From the NCBI GenBank assembly GCA_018830645.1, contig JAHJSA010000023.1, positions 7,482-71,481 on the forward strand: a stretch of 64,000 nt of DNA, read 5' to 3'. The position numbers were made by a program, and so were the translations under genes. The number at the start of each line of letters is the position of its first letter. The first letter of the stretch is position 1. The stretch is from Actinomycetota bacterium. Its GTDB lineage: Bacteria > Actinomycetota > Thermoleophilia > RBG-16-64-13. A model generated the notes under the pieces. The model was not told the origin of the DNA and searched no databases. It saw only the letters and a list, made by a program, of their open reading frames with translations. Positions 52,458 to 61,169 of the stretch are shown piece by piece.

Positions 52458-53486
52458 TTAGACCGCCGCCTCTTCCGCGGCCTCCACCATGGCCCTCAGG
52501 TTCTCGGTCTCCGCCGAAGGCGGCACCGAGCAGCCGGGAGCGATCATGTCGTAGCCATCGGCCAGAGCCTTACGCACGTCGTTCTTCACGTCCTCGGGCG
52601 TGCCGGAGAAGAGCGTCACCACCGCGTCCACACCGCCGATCAGGGCGATGTGCCGGGGGAACCCGCGCAGCACCTCTTTGGCGGCGACGGCATCCACCGA
52701 CGGCTCCACGCTGATCGCGGTCACACCGGTCTCGGCGACCTCCGCCATGATCGGGTTGAGCTTCCCGCAGATGTGCATGATCGTGAGAACGCCGGGGAGG
52801 TTGGCGATCTGCTTCGCCTCATACGGCTGAGCGAGGTTGCGGAAGATGGGCGGGCTGATCACGTCGATCGAGGCCATCATGTCTTCGATGACGATGATGT
52901 CCGCACCCGCGTCCACAAGGGCTTTGCCCAGCATGGTGCCGGCCTGCTCGGCCACTTCCATGAGGGGCACCAGGCTCTCCGGCTTCTTGAAACTCGCCTT
53001 GAGTGCGTCGGTGATGCCGATCAGATTGGCCACGATCGAGAAGGGGCCGACGATGTTGCCCATCACCGCGACATCGTCGCCAACGGCTTCCTTCATCAGC
53101 CGCACGGCCTCGATCAATTCAGGCACGCGTCCGCGGGTGAGGAAGTCGTCGGGAAGAGCGATCTCGTCCCCGGCGTGGAAGGCGTGCACGTCGATACGCG
53201 GGATACCCTCGCGCCCGGCGTACTTGACGGTGCAGCCCAGAGCCTCGCTCTCGACGGTCTGGCAGTACGGGGCACGCACAGCGTCGAAGCCGAGTACGGA
53301 GTGGGCCGCCAGAGCCAGTTTGGCCATCGACTCGGCCTTCTGGTGGGCCTCCGGCCATTCCGCTCCACACGCGTCCATCTGCGCATAGGTCGCCGTCTGG
53401 TTGGCCGAGAAGACCGGTGGACGGTCCACGGGCAAACCGGCAAGCGCTGCTAGTACACGTTCCTTCGAAGTCATCACACCTCTCAC
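52458..53486 (-). CDS. Uroporphyrinogen decarboxylase (URO-D) family methylcorrinoid methyltransferase (MtbA/MtaA/MtqA-like)
   Basis: 342 aa URO-D fold typical of the methylcobamide:CoM / methylcorrinoid:tetrahydrofolate methyltransferases that partner with corrinoid proteins; lies between pylT and mtbB. Confidence 0.8.
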   Translation of the reverse strand: MRGVMTSKERVLAALAGLPVDRPPVFSANQTATYAQMDACGAEWPEAHQKAESMAKLALAAHSVLGFDAVRAPYCQTVESEALGCTVKYAGREGIPRIDVHAFHAGDEIALPDDFLTRGRVPELIEAVRLMKEAVGDDVAVMGNIVGPFSIVANLIGITDALKASFKKPESLVPLMEVAEQAGTMLGKALVDAGADIIVIEDMMASIDVISPPIFRNLAQPYEAKQIANLPGVLTIMHICGKLNPIMAEVAETGVTAISVEPSVDAVAAKEVLRGFPRHIALIGGVDAVVTLFSGTPEDVKNDVRKALADGYDMIAPGCSVPPSAETENLRAMVEAAEEAAV

Positions 53487-54887
53487 CTATCCCATCTTCG
53501 CTTTCAGTCTGTCCACACTGTTGATACTGATACCGAGCAATTCTGCGATACGGATCTTAGCCTCTATCCCCTTGGCGCATCCGGGCACTGAGGTGATCAC
53601 ACCTATGTCGAGGTCTTCGCGCATCTCCCGCATCACCGTGACCTCGGAGAGGTCGGCGACGCTGATCTTCAGCTTGTCGGCCACGTAGGCTTTGGCTTCC
53701 GGTAGGCGCATCCTGCGCGCGAGCTGCATCCGAGCGACCAGGTCTCCGGCCGTACGGATGCCGCCCATACCAGCGGCCACCCCGTGGGCGATGGGCATCC
53801 CGTAGGGATCGCCCACACCCACCTATAATCCGTCGACGCGGGCGATCTCGACCATCGCGACCGAGGCCCGCGAGACACTGTCGATAGGCGGGGTCTCGAA
53901 CACCGGGGAGCCACCCACCCCCATGCCCATGTTCACGTGCACCGGGATGTTGGCCACCGCGGTGACCGCCTTGACGAAGGTGACGGCGCGGGCAAGGTTC
54001 CAGGCCATCGACTTGCTGGTGTTGGTGTTCACGACAGGTCCGAAGATGTCGCCTCCGGCCTTCTCGACGAGACCAACTTGGTGGTGCGGGTAGAGCCCGG
54101 CGAGACGCGTGCCGTCGTACTCGAGCTCGCCGTGGATACCGAGTACGAACTCCCCGGCCATGCCAACCTGGATCGCAAGATTCGGGTGTTTGGCCTTCAG
54201 CTGCTCGACTGCCTGAAGCGAGGCTTTGAAGTCCGCGTCGCCCGCCGCGCCCGTCGTATCGAAGTTCACGCCGTCGGCGCCCACCTCGGCCAGCTTGCCG
54301 CAGATGTAGACGATGTCGCGGGTCGCGTGCTCGACCGCCAGTTCCTGGGCCTCACGCGCCTCCTTGATCTTGCCCATCGGCAGGAGGTCGGAGGGGTTGC
54401 CGAACGGGCCGTCGGGCGCGTAGTAGGTGCCGAGGTTCGGCATGGCTCCGTAGAAGATGGGCACGATGGTGCTGAGCAGGATGTTCTCGAGCGCCTGCTG
54501 CTCCTGGGCGATGATCGGCTTGACCGGCTTCCAGGAGTAGTCCACATGCCCGAGTTCCATGGTATCGGCCGCGAAGGCCCGCTCGTGCACCTGCACGCCC
54601 TGCAACCGGCTCAGCGGGATACCGACCCCGCTGTTGCCTTGGTCGCCGTCGAGGCGCAACGTGCCGATGTCGTGCGTGAGTACGACCTCGTTCCCCGAGT
54701 CGACGCCCACTACGCGCGCATTGCTCTTGAAGAGGTCGAGCAGGAAGTCGATCTCGTCGTCTTTGAGGGGTGGGATGCGGCCGCGATCGGCTGCGTCTGC
54801 GGAGCCGGCGATCAGATCGGCCTTCAGCTCGTCAGCCGTCATATCGATCACGTGCCCGTCCCCCATCCGGGTCGGGTACTTCGTCAT
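53487..54887 (-). CDS. mtbB: Dimethylamine:corrinoid methyltransferase MtbB (second copy), pyrrolysine-containing (in-frame UAG at 53823..53825)
   Basis: Track ORFs 53823..54887 and 53487..53822 abut in frame across TAG: ...[33 protein letters not shown]; N-terminus [24 protein letters not shown] is MtbB-like. Confidence 0.9.
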
Positions 54888-54942
54888 GCGAGCACTCTCC
54901 TCATTCGTCTAGCGACCACTCATTCGTCTGGCGACCACTCCG

Positions 54943-55590
54943 CTACCCCTGCACCAACTCGAGGGCCTTCTGCACGGCCTCCTGGGCGTTCTCGGCGTAG
55001 GCGTCGGCGCCGATCTTGTCGGCCCAATACTGAGTGACGACCGCCCCGCCCACCATGGTCTTCACCTGGTCGCGGATGCCCGCCTCCTTCAGCATCTTCT
55101 CCAAGGCCTTCTGCCCGACCATCGTCGTGGTCATGAGGGCCGAGGTACCCACGATCGCGGCCCCCGTCTCCTTGACCTTCTCGACGAACGTGTCCAGGGG
55201 GACGTCGCGGCCGAGGTCCACCACATCGAAGCCGTACACCCGCATCAGGGTCGCCACGATGCCTTTGCCGATGTCGTGCACGTCGCCCTCGATCGTGCCG
55301 ATGACGGCCGTGCCGGCCTTCTTCTCTCTCTGATCCTCGGGAAGCGACGCCTCTAGAATAGCGACGGCCGCAACCATGGCCTCAGAAGCAAGGATCACCT
55401 CCGGCAGGAACATGGTGCCCCGTTCGAAGAGGTCGCCCACGTCGCGCATGCCCGGAGTGAATCCCTCGTTGATCACCTTGAGGGGGTCGAGGCCCAGCTT
55501 CACCGCCTCAGTCGCAATCGCCTTCGCCTCGTCCTCATCGGCCGACACCACAGCCTTGGCTGCGGCTTCGAGCAATTCTTGTTCTGTCAT
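54943..55590 (-). CDS. mtbC: Corrinoid (cobalamin-binding) protein, MtbC-like
   Basis: B12-binding domain with GDVHDIGK (DxHxxG) and the corrinoid cap; upstream of mtbB. Confidence 0.85.
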   Translation of the reverse strand: MTEQELLEAAAKAVVSADEDEAKAIATEAVKLGLDPLKVINEGFTPGMRDVGDLFERGTMFLPEVILASEAMVAAVAILEASLPEDQREKKAGTAVIGTIEGDVHDIGKGIVATLMRVYGFDVVDLGRDVPLDTFVEKVKETGAAIVGTSALMTTTMVGQKALEKMLKEAGIRDQVKTMVGGAVVTQYWADKIGADAYAENAQEAVQKALELVQG

Positions 55591-55759
55591 CTCGCCCTCC
55601 CGCTTGTAGTCGTGGGGCTCGATGGCCCCCCAGAAGCACCTCTATGGAGACCGCTGCCCAAGAGAGACCGCTCTCCACTACGAAAGCACACTACCCACAT
55701 CGACCGGTCGAGACACCGCGGCGACAGTGTCTCGACCGGGTTGAACACAGCGCCAGACG

Positions 55760-57370
55760 TTAGAGCCAGAAGATGGCGTAGGCGGTGAATACCACCGCCA
55801 CACCTGCAGCCAGAGTCACATAGGGCAACACTCCGGCCTTGCGGGGACCGAGTTCAGTCTCGCCCGCGGGCAACAGGTCCGCCCACATGTGGTCGGGGAA
55901 CTTGCCCTTGTCGGTGATGTAGTGCCTCACGGCGAACACTGGGATGACGAGAGCGGCAGATACGAAGCCCGTGGCCAGTGTCCCGGGACCCCACACGTTG
56001 GCCCCCGCGCCCAGAAGGAACGCGTTCACGAACGCCAGTACTACACCTGCGCCCAAGAGGAAGTTGGGGGCGCGCCACGGCCGAGGTACGTGCTTGTTGT
56101 CGATGCGGTGGATCCACCCGGCGTTCAGGTTGAGGAAGTTGAAGATCAAGTAGTTCACGTTCGACACGGCAAGCACGAACAAGTAGTCCGACATCAGCAG
56201 GAGGATCAGGTTGAACGTGAGGTCGGTCCACATGGCGCGGGTGGGCGCCCCGTGAGGGTTCACGTGATCCAGGTACTTGGGCAGCCATCCGTCGACGCCA
56301 CCCTGGTAGAGGGTGCGCGAAGAACCGGCCATCGAGGTCATCACGGCCAGCAGGAGGGTGAACACGAGCATGACCACCAGGACGTTGGTGACGACAGCGC
56401 CGCCGCCGACCATACCGGCCAGGGCTTCGCCGACGCCCGCTCCGCTGGCGATACCCGGTTCGAGCATGCCCTCTGTTCCCAAGACGCCCTGGAAGGCCAC
56501 CGGCACCACGACGTACACGGCGATGCACAGGAGGCCGGAGTAGAGGATGGCGCGAGGGGTATCGCGGCCCGGGTTCTTGAACTCACTTGTGTAGCAGATG
56601 GCGGTCTCGAACGCGTAGGCCGACCAGGCCGCGATGAACAGACCGCCCATGAAGAGCGTCCACCCACCCAGATCCCACGAACCCGCGATGACGTTGCCGG
56701 CATCATCCAAGGCGAGCGGGGTGAACGGCGAGAAGTTGCTGAGTGAGACATCGCCGGTGAGCAACGGCACGACGCTCACGACGAGCAGCGGCATGAGCGC
56801 ACCCACGGCAAGTACTGTCTGGATCCGGGCGGTGCGCAGGATGCCGTGGTGCTGCATGGCGAACACCGCGAGGAGCATGGCTGCACCGATGAAGAAGGTG
56901 GCGTTCACACGGATCGACAGGTCATCCTTGAGGAAGTCGAGCGGTATCAGCGTCACCTGCCACGTGTTGATCGCGGCGTCAGGCGCAAAGAAGATCGAAA
57001 GAAGGTAGCCCGCGCCGAGACCGCAGCCGATGGCCAGCACCGGGGTCCAGGCGAGCCAGTTGCACCAGAGCGAGACCGGCGCCAAGAGCTTGCTGTAGCG
57101 CACCCAGGCCGTGGCGCCATACACAGAAGCCCCTCCCGACTTGCTGGGGAAGAGGCCGGCGATCTCGGCGTAGGTGAACGCTTGGATGAAGCCGAACAGA
57201 ACGGAGATGGTCCACACGAGCCAGGCCGGCGCCCCCACGGTCGCCGAGATGCCCCCCATGGAGAAGAGCACCAGCGCGGGCACGCCGATCGCGACCCAGA
57301 AGGCCCCCTTCCAGTCGATATCGCGCTTCAGAACACCGGCCTCGTGCGACACGTACGTTTCCGATGACAT
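55760..57370 (-). CDS. APC-superfamily permease (amino acid/polyamine/organocation), candidate methylamine transporter
   Basis: 536 aa, ~12 TM, APC-type Gly-rich helices; located between the mtbC and mtmB genes. Confidence 0.75.
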   Translation of the reverse strand: MSSETYVSHEAGVLKRDIDWKGAFWVAIGVPALVLFSMGGISATVGAPAWLVWTISVLFGFIQAFTYAEIAGLFPSKSGGASVYGATAWVRYSKLLAPVSLWCNWLAWTPVLAIGCGLGAGYLLSIFFAPDAAINTWQVTLIPLDFLKDDLSIRVNATFFIGAAMLLAVFAMQHHGILRTARIQTVLAVGALMPLLVVSVVPLLTGDVSLSNFSPFTPLALDDAGNVIAGSWDLGGWTLFMGGLFIAAWSAYAFETAICYTSEFKNPGRDTPRAILYSGLLCIAVYVVVPVAFQGVLGTEGMLEPGIASGAGVGEALAGMVGGGAVVTNVLVVMLVFTLLLAVMTSMAGSSRTLYQGGVDGWLPKYLDHVNPHGAPTRAMWTDLTFNLILLLMSDYLFVLAVSNVNYLIFNFLNLNAGWIHRIDNKHVPRPWRAPNFLLGAGVVLAFVNAFLLGAGANVWGPGTLATGFVSAALVIPVFAVRHYITDKGKFPDHMWADLLPAGETELGPRKAGVLPYVTLAAGVAVVFTAYAIFWL

Positions 57371-57453
57371 CTATCCCCCCAATCTAGGTCTGACGGGTGT
57401 GGATCCGGGGTGGGGCGGCGCACGCCGCCCCACCCCGGATCCCCGGGCGTCTT

Positions 57454-58878
57454 CTACCAGTGCTTGTAGTTGACGCCGAGATCCTGCATCGCTTTCACGG
57501 CTTCGTCGTACACGGCCAAATACTCGGCGGTGGGAACGACCTTGATCGGGTCGTAGCACTCGTCGAACGGCTGACCCGCCGGCGCCGTCTTGTAGTCTTT
57601 CTCGTAGCTGCCCACCAGAGCGTCGAGGATACGGTTGGCCTCTTCGAGCGGCATCCCGGCCACCGCGTGGGCGACCTCGCCCATGAAGCGGGCCTCGAGC
57701 CCCGTGGTCTTGTTCGTGGCCACGCCTTTGGCCGAGGCAACTCCGGAGAGTATCTCGCGACCGCTGACGGTGTCGGTGATGGACTGAGCCGCAGTCTCGA
57801 GCAGGCACATCTTCGTGCCGGGCCCCGCGACTGTGTAGTACTGGTTGCCCAACATCAGGTTCGTGTGCTCCTCGATGGCCCGTGCGCAGTGCCCGGCTAC
57901 CGCCAGCGGCTCCCTGGCCGTGGTGATGCCCCACCGCACGTGGATGGGCCCGTCGAGATGCCACGTCGCCTGCGTCATCACGAACGCGTTCAACGTGGTG
58001 GCCACGTCGACGATGGTGGTCTCTTCGAGTCCACCCGCGTACCCTCCGAAGATGGGCATCTGCTCGCACATGATGATGTTCCCGGCTAGTACGTAATGAG
58101 CGGTGAAGGTCAACGCACCTACGTCGATCTTCAGCTCATTGAGCTGGGACACTTCATGGCTGTCAGACTGCCGCATCCCCCCGGGGAAGTCGGCTGCGAT
58201 GACTCCACCGGGAGACAGGGACGTCTCATTGCCCTATAACCCCATCCCGGGCCTGCCGGCCCTTGCCTGAGCCAGGCGGACCTGGTAGGCCTCTTGCCTC
58301 ACGGCAGCAATCTCCCACGGGCTGTTCGGTGTGGGGTCGTAGCCGTTGATCGTCTGCATCACCCCGTCCACGATGGTGTCTACGATGCTTTCCTTCGCGT
58401 AGGATTCGTGGATCGGCAGGAAGAGCGGCTCGGAGCATGGAGCCCCGGTAGGCCCTCCTTGGATCACCGGCGGCCTGGTGTCCTTGTGACTGCGAGGGCT
58501 CAGGAGCCGCGAATCACGCCCCTCCCCCAGCACGCAGGACTTGGGCGCCGCTGCAATACTGGCCCACACCTCTTCTTCCGTGTACTTGATCACGCGCCCG
58601 GTATCCATGCAGTAGATACCGCACTCCACCAGCATCTCCATGCCGGCTTTGAAGAGGTTGGCTACCAGTGCGGGGTCCGTGGGGACCATGACCTTCTTGT
58701 CCATCTGGATGCCGTGCTTCTCTTTCAAACGCGAGGCCGTCTTGGGGATGATCTCGTAGTCCCACGCGTTCTCATCCACACGCTGGCCGGTCTTCGCACG
58801 GTTGAAGGCTTCGAAGACGGTGACCTTCTGCGCTAGCGCCACGTTGGCTTCCCCCCTTTCTCTCGATCGGATGTGCAT
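57454..58878 (-). CDS. mtmB: Monomethylamine:corrinoid methyltransferase MtmB, pyrrolysine-containing (in-frame UAG at 58234..58236)
   Basis: Track ORFs 58234..58878 and 57454..58176 are in frame across TAG: ...ARAGRPGMGL-TAG-GNETSLSPGGVIAADFPGGMRQSDSHEVSQLNELKID, colinear with the MtmB Pyl-202 region (AGRPGMGV-O-GPETSLS...TDSHEVSQLNELKID); ~474 aa. Confidence 0.9.
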
Positions 58879-58891
58879 TGAGTCGGCCGGT

Positions 58892-59542
58892 TCATCCGCT
58901 GACCAGTTCGATGGCCACCTTCACTGCGTCCGCGGCATTGTCGGCGTAGCCGTCGGCGCCTATCTTGTCCACCCACTCTTGGGAGACGGGGGCACCGCCG
59001 AACAGGCACTTGACGTTGTCGCGGATGCCGATCTCGATGAGGCCGTTCACGATCTCGCGCTGGGCGGGCATCGTGGTGGTCATCAAGGCCGAGCCCGTGA
59101 CGATATCGACGTTCTCCGCCTTGGCCTTCGCCACGACGTCGTCTACGGGGACATCGCGGCCCATGTCGATGACTTCGAAGCCGTTGGCGGCGAACATCGT
59201 CTTCACGATGTTCTTCCCGACGTCATGGATATCGCCCTGCACCGTGTGGCAGATCACCTTGCCTCGGCTCATGGCGCCCCGCTCGTCGGCGGTCATCCCC
59301 TCCGTCAGAATTTCCACAGCCCCTTGAAAGGCTTCCGCCGCGATAATGATCTGCGGAACGAACATCTCGCCCTCATCGAACAGGTCGCTGATGATGTTCA
59401 TGCCCTTCGAGAGTCCCTCCTGGATAGCATCCACAACCGTGATCCCGGCCGCCTTCGCCTCGTGCGCCGCCTCTGCGGCCACCTCGGGCTCGAGTTCCGA
59501 TACCCCCGAGGCCAGTTTCGCTAGGATCTCTTCTCGATTCAC
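58892..59542 (-). CDS. mtmC: Corrinoid (cobalamin-binding) protein, MtmC-like
   Basis: B12-binding domain with GDIHDVGK; first gene of the mtmCB-type unit. Confidence 0.85.
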   Translation of the reverse strand: MNREEILAKLASGVSELEPEVAAEAAHEAKAAGITVVDAIQEGLSKGMNIISDLFDEGEMFVPQIIIAAEAFQGAVEILTEGMTADERGAMSRGKVICHTVQGDIHDVGKNIVKTMFAANGFEVIDMGRDVPVDDVVAKAKAENVDIVTGSALMTTTMPAQREIVNGLIEIGIRDNVKCLFGGAPVSQEWVDKIGADGYADNAADAVKVAIELVSG

Positions 59543-60139
59543 CTACTCACCCCCTCGCTCCTAGGTCCGTTTGCCGAATACACGTTGCCGGCGACACATG
59601 ATCACTGCCGTGCACCCGACCCCGTATAGGGAGATCCCTGTCGCCGCAGGCCGACTACTGCATGCTGCGTCTCCCCCAACACACGCCCGGCGGGCCCTCT
59701 GCCACAACCCATCTAGACAGGTGCGCGCCGGGCCAAGCAGAGCTACTTTACGTACCGCGAAAGCATATGTCAAACCCCTCTGGACGAGTTCGACTGTACG
59801 GTCATACAGGGCTGGAGGCCGCCCAGACCTCGGTGCCATCCTCGCGAAGCCCCCGTCTAGACCGCTTGACAGGAATCCGCGTAGTGACTAATGTTGCGAG
59901 CGTTGAGTTGAAACCGCCGGGGGGCGGATGAGGGCGGACGCTCAGGGGGGCTCCGAAGAAGGATTCCGGCAGGGCCTGCGTATGCTCGGGGTCAAGCGGG
60001 AGCACTTCAGACCTCTCGACCGACCTCCCGTGGCAGCCAGGAGCGTGCAACTCCGGAAAGGGGGCCGACTTCGTACACCCGCGTCTCACGCGTGTACCGC
60101 TAGAACCAATACCGTAGCCACATCGAGAAAGGGGGGAAC
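59543..60139. promoter_or_regulatory. ~600-bp lower-GC divergent intergenic region between the mtmC operon start and the small-membrane-protein operon
   Basis: Longest non-coding stretch in the window and lower GC than the flanks; no ORF with coding character; must carry promoters for both divergent units. Confidence 0.4.
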
Positions 60140-60499
60140 ATGAGCGCACCGGGCGTGGACGAGGTCGTCGCCGCGGCATTGGCACAGGAAGACACGGCGC
60201 ACAAGCACGATCCGCGTATCGACAAGATGTACAAGAACGACGTGATCACGATTTACGCGTTCGTGATCGCATTGTGGATAGTCCTCTGGAGCGTATTCTT
60301 CTTCGCAGCCAATCCGTACATCGAAGATAACCTTCTCAGAGTCGTCTTGATCGTACTCGGCCTTTCCGCTTCGATCTTCAACACAGTCGGAATGGTGCAG
60401 AACACCCGCAGACTGGCGACGGAGCGGGTCCGCTTCTACTCGCAAGACCTCTATTGGCAAGATCAGAAACGGGCCCTAAAAGCGTCCTCCAGGGGGTGA
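60140..60499 (+). CDS. Small integral membrane protein (119 aa, 2-3 TM)
   Basis: Hydrophobic segments; the TGA stop overlaps the next gene's ATG (ATGA). Confidence 0.45.
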   Translation: MSAPGVDEVVAAALAQEDTAHKHDPRIDKMYKNDVITIYAFVIALWIVLWSVFFFAANPYIEDNLLRVVLIVLGLSASIFNTVGMVQNTRRLATERVRFYSQDLYWQDQKRALKASSRG

Positions 60500-60660
60500 T
60501 GACCGTGGCTAAACACGAAGAGTGGATACCGTACAAAGACTACAAGGAACCGAAACAGAGCATCTTCATGCAGGTCTTCGACGTATTGTTCATACTGGTC
60601 CTCTGCTACATCTTCTTGCTCGTTCCGATCATGCTCACTGGAAAGGTCTTGGTGGGCTAG
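60498..60660 (+). CDS. Small membrane protein (53 aa, 1 TM)
   Basis: MTVAKHEEWIPYKDYKEPKQSIFMQVFDVLFILVLCYIFLLVPIMLTG; overlapping start/stop with the upstream ORF. Confidence 0.4.
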
Positions 60661-60662
60661 TC

Positions 60663-60977
60663 ATGGGCGCATTGATAGATCCTCGAGCTGCGACCTTCCG
60701 CAAGATCGCCGCCGTCTGCCTGCTGTGTGTGATCCTGATGCTGAGCTTTTCCGGCTCCGCTTGGGCTGAAGAAGGCACCACCACCACCGACGAGGCGGCG
60801 GCCGTTGAGGAGACCCCCGCACTCGACTACTCGTTCACGTGGCCTACGTTCATCCTATGCCTCGGCCTGGTGGTCGGCTACTACATCTTTGTCCTGAGAA
60901 TCTCGGAGAAAGAGTTCAAGGGCGTCGTGGCTGAGAGGTTCGGCCCCAAGCGGCTGGAAGAGGAGGGGAACAGTTGA
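60663..60977 (+). CDS. Small secreted/membrane protein with signal peptide and acidic Thr-rich segment (~105 aa)
   Basis: MGALIDPRAATFRKIAAVCLLCVILMLSFSGSAWA signal sequence plus a C-terminal TM; ATG at residue 48 of track ORF 60522..60977. Confidence 0.45.
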   Translation: MGALIDPRAATFRKIAAVCLLCVILMLSFSGSAWAEEGTTTTDEAAAVEETPALDYSFTWPTFILCLGLVVGYYIFVLRISEKEFKGVVAERFGPKRLEEEGNS

Positions 60978-61165
60978 GCGACGGCACCGCACAACTCATC
61001 AACTACGTGGTGTGGGCCATCTCGATCGGGATCTTTGGCTGGCTCATCATCGACGCGCTGCGAATCGAGACCACCTACGACCGCGACCTGCTCGTGAGCT
61101 CACGAGAGGGCGAGATCGAAAAGGAGATCCAAGCCGAGCACCACGACACACCGCAGGGGGTCTGA
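60974..61165 (+). CDS. Small membrane protein (63 aa, 1 TM)
   Basis: TTG start overlapping the upstream TGA; hydrophobic helix VVWAISIGIFGWLIIDAL. Confidence 0.35.
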   Translation: MSDGTAQLINYVVWAISIGIFGWLIIDALRIETTYDRDLLVSSREGEIEKEIQAEHHDTPQGV

Positions 61166-61169
61166 GGCC

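Noticed and set aside
59543-60139. Cobalamin riboswitch in the 600-bp leader (GAAGAAGGATTCCGGCAGGG..., GGCAGCCAGGAGCGTGC)
   Set aside because: Some fragments resemble B12-box or GGTG..TCC elements. I could not assemble the conserved core (B12 box GCCACTG / AGTCAGGAGACCTGCC) or the required helices by eye. It needs a covariance-model scan before being called.
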